This document shows, piece after piece, positions 58,267 through 64,000 of a DNA stretch of 64,000 nt. This stretch comes from a virus. Below the pieces are notes generated by a model that ran no database searches, was not told where the DNA came from, and saw nothing but the letters and a program-made list of their open reading frames with translations. The stretch covers positions 32,001 through 96,000 of the IMG/VR virus record IMGVR_UViG_3300021471_000006. One strand, given 5' to 3'. Within the stretch, counting starts at the first letter, position 1, and each line of letters starts with the position of its first letter. The translations under genes and the position numbers were made by a program.

Positions 58267-59352
58267 GTGATACAATTAAAAACAATTCAAGATTTTTGCA
58301 AAAACGCATCATATATTATGGTTAGATTTGAAAAAACAGAAAATGAAGAATTTGGAAAGATACTTACTAATAAGGAAATAATGAATTTAGACCTATCAAA
58401 GAATGAAATAAGAAGAAGTATAACTAATGTTAATGATGACAGACTTTTCGTGTTTGACCTTCTTCCAGAAGAGGGAGGAGTAACACATAATAGTCCACTA
58501 CAATTAGTAAAGAGCAATCTAAAAGATGCAAGAATTATAGAGAAAGTTTATCCACAAATATTCTCTTGGGCATTCGATGGAGTGAGTATTAGATGTTATG
58601 CGATAATTCCTTCTGGAAATCCAAAGGCACATTCAACTATAAGTCGTTATGGTGGAACAGATATGTTTTATAAGATTTTAAGACAACATCTTAAAAATAT
58701 TGCAAACATGAGCAGGGGCAAGACACCAGATTATAATTTTCTACAATGTCAAGAGAGAGTTCCAGAGACAGAAATAGCAATAGGCTCTATAAATAGATTT
58801 AATAACATGTATGCAATAGGAATAGGCTTGAAAAGTTCATATATAGACATAATTAGTAACAGTATAAATAATAAAAATGCCTTGAGACCTTTAAAAACTT
58901 TAAATATGAAATATTGGGCTAGAGAAATTAATCCAGACTTCATAGTAGAAGCAAAATATGTGAAACTGAAAGAGCCGTTAGAGCTAGATTTAAAGGAAGC
59001 ATACGAGCTTTATCCTAAAGCTATAAAAAATCTTATGGCTTTGCCTCACAAGGGCAACTATCAGAGATTTCTATTAACTCGGTTTCTTCTTTCAGTTCAT
59101 AAACCAAGTGACGCAAAATTTATTTATTATTCAGTACTTGGCGATGAAGACTTAAAGCATGTAAAATATGGAAATTGTAAAACACAATGGAACTATATAC
59201 TTAACAATATGTATAGATATAGTTGTCCAACGTTTCAAGAATTAAGCCAATATGCGGACCCAGAGGATGAGGGTCTTTCTCATCCTCTTGAAAAAATTCA
59301 AAAATACATGGACGAGAAGAAAAATGGTGAGAACTCGAAAGATAAACTATAA
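58267..59352 (+). CDS. putative primase large-subunit (PriL/PriX-like) protein
   Basis: C-terminal GNYQRFLLTRFL...QWNYI....Y..SCPT...HPL; follows polB. Confidence 0.5.
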   Translation: MIQLKTIQDFCKNASYIMVRFEKTENEEFGKILTNKEIMNLDLSKNEIRRSITNVNDDRLFVFDLLPEEGGVTHNSPLQLVKSNLKDARIIEKVYPQIFSWAFDGVSIRCYAIIPSGNPKAHSTISRYGGTDMFYKILRQHLKNIANMSRGKTPDYNFLQCQERVPETEIAIGSINRFNNMYAIGIGLKSSYIDIISNSINNKNALRPLKTLNMKYWAREINPDFIVEAKYVKLKEPLELDLKEAYELYPKAIKNLMALPHKGNYQRFLLTRFLLSVHKPSDAKFIYYSVLGDEDLKHVKYGNCKTQWNYILNNMYRYSCPTFQELSQYADPEDEGLSHPLEKIQKYMDEKKNGENSKDKL

Positions 59353-59576
59353 ATATGAGACATATAAACTCAGAAAACATACAAAAGTTTTAAATGACAT
59401 TATAAAAAAATTAAATAACCAAACAAAAGTTATGCACGACAATATGATTTTTTTGAAAAAATATGCAGAAGAACAAGGTACAAAGACATTTGAATACAAA
59501 AAAGAGAGAATAAAACTTTTGGAAAAAATAAAAGAATTAGAAACAGAACTTAAAAACTTAAAGGAGTTGAGAAAAA

Positions 59577-60731
59577 GTGAACGAAAAACCGTTAAGCGAA
59601 AGCCAGTTAAAAGTGCTTCTAACACTAGAAGAAAATGATGCACTAACTTACGAAGAATTGGCTATGGAATCTGGTCTTTCTTATGATGGGGTACGTGGAA
59701 GAGTATCTGAATTAAGACAGAGGGGATTCAATATAGAAAGAGTTAAGGAAGGAAAAAATACTCTACTCTCTTTTTCTGGAAAATTAGAAAAAGAAAGAGA
59801 TAAACTTTTACGACCACATACATATGGAGACATGATAAGTAGAAGAACAAGAAGTTTAGAAGACTTCTATGGAATTACTGACTTTTTAAATGAGATTAGA
59901 AAATCTAATCCAAAAGTAAAAAAGAAGGCAATTCATTTAAAAAATAAATGTGGACTACTAATGTTATCAGATATACATTTTGGTAGTATAGTGAGAGATG
60001 GAGAAAAGAAAATATACGATACAGAAATTGCACTCTCAAGAATGAGAGAACTTACAGAAAAAGTCATAGATAAAATAAAAGAAGAAAAACTAGATAGCAT
60101 ATATATTGCTGTTCTTGGAGATATAGTAGATGGAGACGCAGTTTATAGAAACCAGACTTACAATATTGAAAAGGCTGCTGTAGAACAAGTCAAAGATGCA
60201 GTAACTGCAATATCTAATATGATAAAATCTTTAATTAATGCTGGCGTTAAAGTTGTTGTTGGCTGTGTTCGTGGAAATCATGGAGTAACTAACTATAAAA
60301 ATCTAGAACAGGATAATTGGGACAATGTGGTTTATGATATGTTAAATCTGGTTTTCACAGATAATAAGAATGTAATTATAAATCATTATGCAAACAGAGA
60401 GGCAAAAGTAAAAATACTAGATAAACAAGTAGTAATAACGCATGGAGACATTCTTGGAAATCAAATAAGAACCGCATCTGGAGCACAGGCATTTAGAGGA
60501 CTGATTGGAAAACATAAACTCTTTGATAATGACTTAATCTTAATTGGACATCTACATACATTTGAATTTATGGTAGACCAGAGCAAGATGTTAGTTAGAA
60601 ATGGCGCTATGCAATCAACTTCAGATTATGCTCTAAGTAATAACTTTTATAATGTTCCAGAACAAACATTTATGGTATTGGAAGAGGGAATAGTATATCC
60701 CAAAATATTTCCAATAGAATTTAGTGGGTGA
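59577..60731 (+). CDS. HTH plus calcineurin-like metallophosphoesterase
   Basis: HTH (YEELAMESGLSYDGVRGRVSELR); SDIHFG, LGDIVDG, RGNHG, THGD, GHLH. Confidence 0.85.
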   Translation: MNEKPLSESQLKVLLTLEENDALTYEELAMESGLSYDGVRGRVSELRQRGFNIERVKEGKNTLLSFSGKLEKERDKLLRPHTYGDMISRRTRSLEDFYGITDFLNEIRKSNPKVKKKAIHLKNKCGLLMLSDIHFGSIVRDGEKKIYDTEIALSRMRELTEKVIDKIKEEKLDSIYIAVLGDIVDGDAVYRNQTYNIEKAAVEQVKDAVTAISNMIKSLINAGVKVVVGCVRGNHGVTNYKNLEQDNWDNVVYDMLNLVFTDNKNVIINHYANREAKVKILDKQVVITHGDILGNQIRTASGAQAFRGLIGKHKLFDNDLILIGHLHTFEFMVDQSKMLVRNGAMQSTSDYALSNNFYNVPEQTFMVLEEGIVYPKIFPIEFSG

Positions 60732-60737
60732 AAAAAA

Positions 60738-61133
60738 ATGACAATAGATAAATATATTGGTTATCTTGGAGCATTGGTTCTGGGAGCATATGGCACCTAT
60801 CTTTATATGCTCATAGATAAAATAAGAATTGAAACTAGAGATAAATTATTTCTATTAGAACGCACTATAAGAAGTGAGTTGGAGAATAGACTTCTATCTT
60901 TAGATGCCCAGATTAAAAAAATAGATGAACTAATTGCAGAATTTCCCACAGTTGAAGAAATTGCAAGAGAAGTGATGTCAATGAAAATTCCAATATCAAG
61001 TCTTCCTAAAAGTACACAAGATGCAATAGGAAGAGCACTTGGAGAAATGAAAAGACAAGATACTAAAAAAAATAAGAAAGACTCAGACCTTCCATTTACT
61101 ACTAAAACAGATGAGGACACATATATAGGATAG
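60738..61133 (+). CDS. membrane-anchored coiled-coil protein
   Basis: N-terminal transmembrane segment followed by a heptad region. Confidence 0.55.
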   Translation: MTIDKYIGYLGALVLGAYGTYLYMLIDKIRIETRDKLFLLERTIRSELENRLLSLDAQIKKIDELIAEFPTVEEIAREVMSMKIPISSLPKSTQDAIGRALGEMKRQDTKKNKKDSDLPFTTKTDEDTYIG

Positions 61134-61327
61134 AGGTGAAAAAATGGAGAGAGAAAAGTTAGTATCTAGTTGGGACGAGCTAGTGAAATTTGTAGATAAC
61201 ATAAACTATTTTCAAAAAACACTAGTTTTAACTGGATGGATTAGAGAGCCCAATAACGGGGATTTTTTTATTAGAAAACTGTCTTTTTCAACTATACCAG
61301 TTAAAATTATAAAAGAGCTGAAAAAAG

Positions 61328-61669
61328 ATGTCGACAGTACAAAGCAGAAAACAAAAAGCAAGAAGACTACAACAAGAAGTCGTAAGAAAAATACTTGAAC
61401 TATTTCCAGAAGAACTTACAGAACGAGATGTACGTTCAGCTCCTATGGGAACAACTGGAGAGGATGTAGTGCTTTCAGAAAAGGGAACAAAGAAATTTCC
61501 ATTTGCTGTGGAATGTAAGAATAGGGAAAAATTGAATATTTGGGCAGCACTTGAACAAGCAGAGTTAAGAGATGGAAATCTGACTCCGTTAGTAGTATTT
61601 AAGAGAAATTTCTCTGAAATCTACTGTACTCTTAAATTTGATGATTTTCTGAAAATTTTAAAAAAATAG
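61328..61669 (+). CDS. Holliday junction resolvase (phage/archaeal PD-(D/E)XK type)
   Basis: MGTTGEDV, FAVECKNREKLNIWAALEQA, PLVVFKRN. Confidence 0.8.
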   Translation: MSTVQSRKQKARRLQQEVVRKILELFPEELTERDVRSAPMGTTGEDVVLSEKGTKKFPFAVECKNREKLNIWAALEQAELRDGNLTPLVVFKRNFSEIYCTLKFDDFLKILKK

Positions 61670-61751
61670 GCTAGAAATAATGATTTTTTTAATAAAATTT
61701 GTGTTTTTAATATACTGAGGTATGTTTTACACAAAAAACAAGCTATAAAAG

Positions 61752-61766
61752 CGAAAAGTTTAAATA
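61752..61766 (+). promoter_or_regulatory. archaeal BRE-TATA promoter of the S-layer-like gene
   Basis: CGAAAAGTTTAAATA. Confidence 0.72.
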
Positions 61767-61893
61767 TGAGAAGTGACTTAATTATTATTAACCCGCTAAT
61801 GAGGGTAAAATTTTAATACATTTTCTACAATTTTAACTAGATAGTATTGGATTGTAGAAGATGTCATTTAAAAAATAGAGAGGTGTATACAAC

Positions 61894-63591
61894 ATGGCTA
61901 AGAAAACAGATGCATCTGCAGAAAAACTAAAAGCAGTCAAAAAGTACGGCCCTATGGCTTTGGCTTTGATTTTGGCAGCATTAGTATTGTTTTTTGCTGG
62001 TGCGAACTCCGGTCTGAAAAACGACTTGGAAGTTGCTGAAGTAGAGATAGCTAATCTTGCAGAAGAGAGAGCAGCTCTAGTAGAAGTAAATGAAGAGTTG
62101 GATAGTAGGGTTGGAGCGTTGGAAGAGCAAGTGTCAGACCTTGAGTCCGTAAATGAAGCTCTAGAAACAGAGAAAAGTGAACTCGAGGAAATACGTACAG
62201 AACTTGAACAGGAACTGGCACAGATAGAACTTGGAGAGGTGGTTGAAGGGTATTTAATAGATGAAATAGACTTCGGAAGCGACCTTGAAGAAGTTATCGA
62301 CGACGGAGAATACGATGTTCTACAGGATGGAAAAATCGAATTCGATGGAGATAAGTATGATGTCCACGAAGAGATATTACTATCTAGTGATGTAGTCTTA
62401 ATGACAAGTGGATTCGGGTATGACGAAGAGTTGGCAGAAGCACCCTACCTAGGATTTTTATCCAAAGGTGCAATAGCTTATAGATTTGTCTTTGATGATG
62501 ATTTTGATATGACAGAAGTCAGTGAAGATGAACCATTAAAGATGGACTTCCTTGGAAGGCGCTTAGAGATTATAAGCATCGATGCCGACGAAATGGTAGT
62601 CAGAGATGCTAACAAGTATACATTACTTGAGAGCGAAGAGCAACTAGTAGAGGGATTATCAATAACTCTAATCGATGTTGGGTTAAACGAGGATGTAGCT
62701 ATTCTAGAGATAGATGGTGAATTGTTCTATGTTGACCTAAATGAAGACATATCAGTTGGTGATAAAGAACTAATAGTTGACGAAATTATAGCGACCAACT
62801 CAGAAGATAAAATAGATGTAGCTATAGTATATGTCGGTGACGGTGTTGCAGATGAATACGAGAATGGCGACTATTTACTAGAGAAACCAGATTGGTATTT
62901 TTATTGGGATACTGCGAGCGACAATTTGAATTTCTTTGAACTATCGTACGAAGAAAAATCCGACGAATTAGATGACGACTATTCTCCACTGGCTATTGGA
63001 GAGAGTTTAATGTTCCCCTGGGAGTCATTTAAACTTGAATTCATGGGCTATGAGAGTGAAGTAAGTTACATGGACGTTGAAATGTTTTTCGATTGTGAAG
63101 ACGCCAAAGACGATTTAACATCAGATACTTGTGGTGTCTGGTTAGAAACAAACGAAGAAATATTTTTAGTAGATGATGAAGAAGTGGACTCAGTATTCCT
63201 AGTGAGAACTGGTTCATTTAATTGGGATATCTACTATGAAAACGATGACGGCGATTTCACTGAAGCTGGTTCTGATTTAGATATCAAATTCGAAGATACT
63301 GAATTAGAAGTAGAACTAGAAACAAGTGGAGACGGAGATATCGTCATAGACGATGGATTTGGTGAAATAAGATTCGATGTGAGGCCGCTAGATGAAAAAC
63401 TGGGGGACATCCAAGACGAATCTGAAGCTGATGAAATTAAATACGGTGGCAACTCATTTGGTACAAGTGAATTTGACGTATTAACTGGATATGGAATTAT
63501 TCTAGTGAGTCCAGATTCACATGGAGAAGATGACGAGGCATTGTTCAGAATTCCGTCAGAACAAGTACAAGGAAGAGTAAGAGTTATTTAA
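61894..63591 (+). CDS. S-layer-like surface protein
   Basis: N-terminal membrane anchor and coiled coil, very acidic beta-rich body; PLKMDFLGRRLEI, DVLTGYGII..P......IPSEQV resemble archaeal S-layer proteins. Confidence 0.72.
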   Translation: MAKKTDASAEKLKAVKKYGPMALALILAALVLFFAGANSGLKNDLEVAEVEIANLAEERAALVEVNEELDSRVGALEEQVSDLESVNEALETEKSELEEIRTELEQELAQIELGEVVEGYLIDEIDFGSDLEEVIDDGEYDVLQDGKIEFDGDKYDVHEEILLSSDVVLMTSGFGYDEELAEAPYLGFLSKGAIAYRFVFDDDFDMTEVSEDEPLKMDFLGRRLEIISIDADEMVVRDANKYTLLESEEQLVEGLSITLIDVGLNEDVAILEIDGELFYVDLNEDISVGDKELIVDEIIATNSEDKIDVAIVYVGDGVADEYENGDYLLEKPDWYFYWDTASDNLNFFELSYEEKSDELDDDYSPLAIGESLMFPWESFKLEFMGYESEVSYMDVEMFFDCEDAKDDLTSDTCGVWLETNEEIFLVDDEEVDSVFLVRTGSFNWDIYYENDDGDFTEAGSDLDIKFEDTELEVELETSGDGDIVIDDGFGEIRFDVRPLDEKLGDIQDESEADEIKYGGNSFGTSEFDVLTGYGIILVSPDSHGEDDEALFRIPSEQVQGRVRVI

Positions 63592-63638
63592 CTCTTCCAT
63601 TTTTTATTTTTTTTAAATATAATATAGAGAGGTAAAAT

Positions 63639-63770
63639 ATGAATTTTGATTTAGAGATGCATAAAGCTGTTTGTTCAGAATGTGGTAAAGAATGTGAAGT
63701 TCCTTTTAAACCAGATGCAGATAGACCAGTTTATTGTCAAGAATGCTATAGAAATAAACGAAGATACTAG
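63639..63770 (+). CDS. CxxC-x17-CxxC domain protein (not in the ORF track)
   Basis: MHKAVCSECGKECEVPFKPDADRPVYCQECY; GAGGT SD. Confidence 0.88.
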   Translation: MNFDLEMHKAVCSECGKECEVPFKPDADRPVYCQECYRNKRRY

Positions 63771-63788
63771 TTCTTAGTTGAATTTTTA

Positions 63789-63802
63789 GAAACATTTATA
63801 TA
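63789..63802 (+). promoter_or_regulatory. archaeal BRE-TATA promoter
   Basis: GAAACATTTATATA before an ORF that runs off the window. Confidence 0.68.
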
Positions 63803-64000
63803 TTAGAAGTAGCTTTAGCTATAATATGAGCCTAAATAAATCTCTAAAAACTGCTCTAAGAAAGCAATATAATTTACCAGAGAAAGCTCTAGAATTAATA
63901 GTAGAGCTTGAATATGACGAGTTTAGAAGAGAAATAGAAAATGTAGTAGATATGCATCTTTTAAAAATAGATGAGCATCAAAGCTCTATCGTATATGCAA

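Noticed and set aside
604-63452. Most minus-strand ORFs in the track (for example 5916-6482, 46893-47402, 50282-50878)
   Set aside because: Antisense shadows of well-supported plus-strand genes, with no motifs or promoters
1-64000. Cellular archaeal chromosome
   Set aside because: Terminase, dense tiny ORFans, a compact replisome and no ribosomal or core metabolic genes indicate a virus; capsid and portal genes are not in this window, so a provirus or other large element cannot be fully excluded

Overview
AT-rich, gene-dense 64 kb segment, almost all on the + strand, of a large head-tail (terminase-encoding) archaeal virus. Archaeal BRE-TATA promoters (CGAAACATTTAWAWA), RadA, PCNA, RFC, PolB, AEP primase and an S-layer-like gene point to an archaeal host; a DPANN (Woese-/Pacearchaeota-like) host is my inference. 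Layout: (1) 1-8.2 kb, nucleotide-sugar/heptose and glycosyltransferase cluster; (2) 9-13 kb, terminase large subunit with two inteins; (3) 14.4-21.7 kb, low-coding control region with several repeat families; (4) 21.7-43.5 kb, accessory region of small ORFs that surrounds a ubiquitin-like operon (Ubl, E2-like, JAB, E1), LysW-like zinc ribbons, a Cas4-like nuclease, tRNA-Ala and a tRNA-like RNA; (5) 43.6-61.7 kb, replication and nucleotide metabolism (PduO, AAA+ ATPase, RadA, PCNA, RFC, class II RNR with intein, ABC-GNAT, PolB, primase large-subunit-like protein, resolvase); (6) S-layer-like gene. Top candidates for an undescribed system: about 17 small, otherwise diverse proteins carrying one short, mostly C-terminal box (I/V)x(S/N)W(R/K)xx(I/L), arrayed around the viral ubiquitin-like operon; and a dispersed GC-rich 14-bp DNA motif (CAGARTGACGCCGG). 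All functional calls come from motif recognition by eye; no database searches were run.
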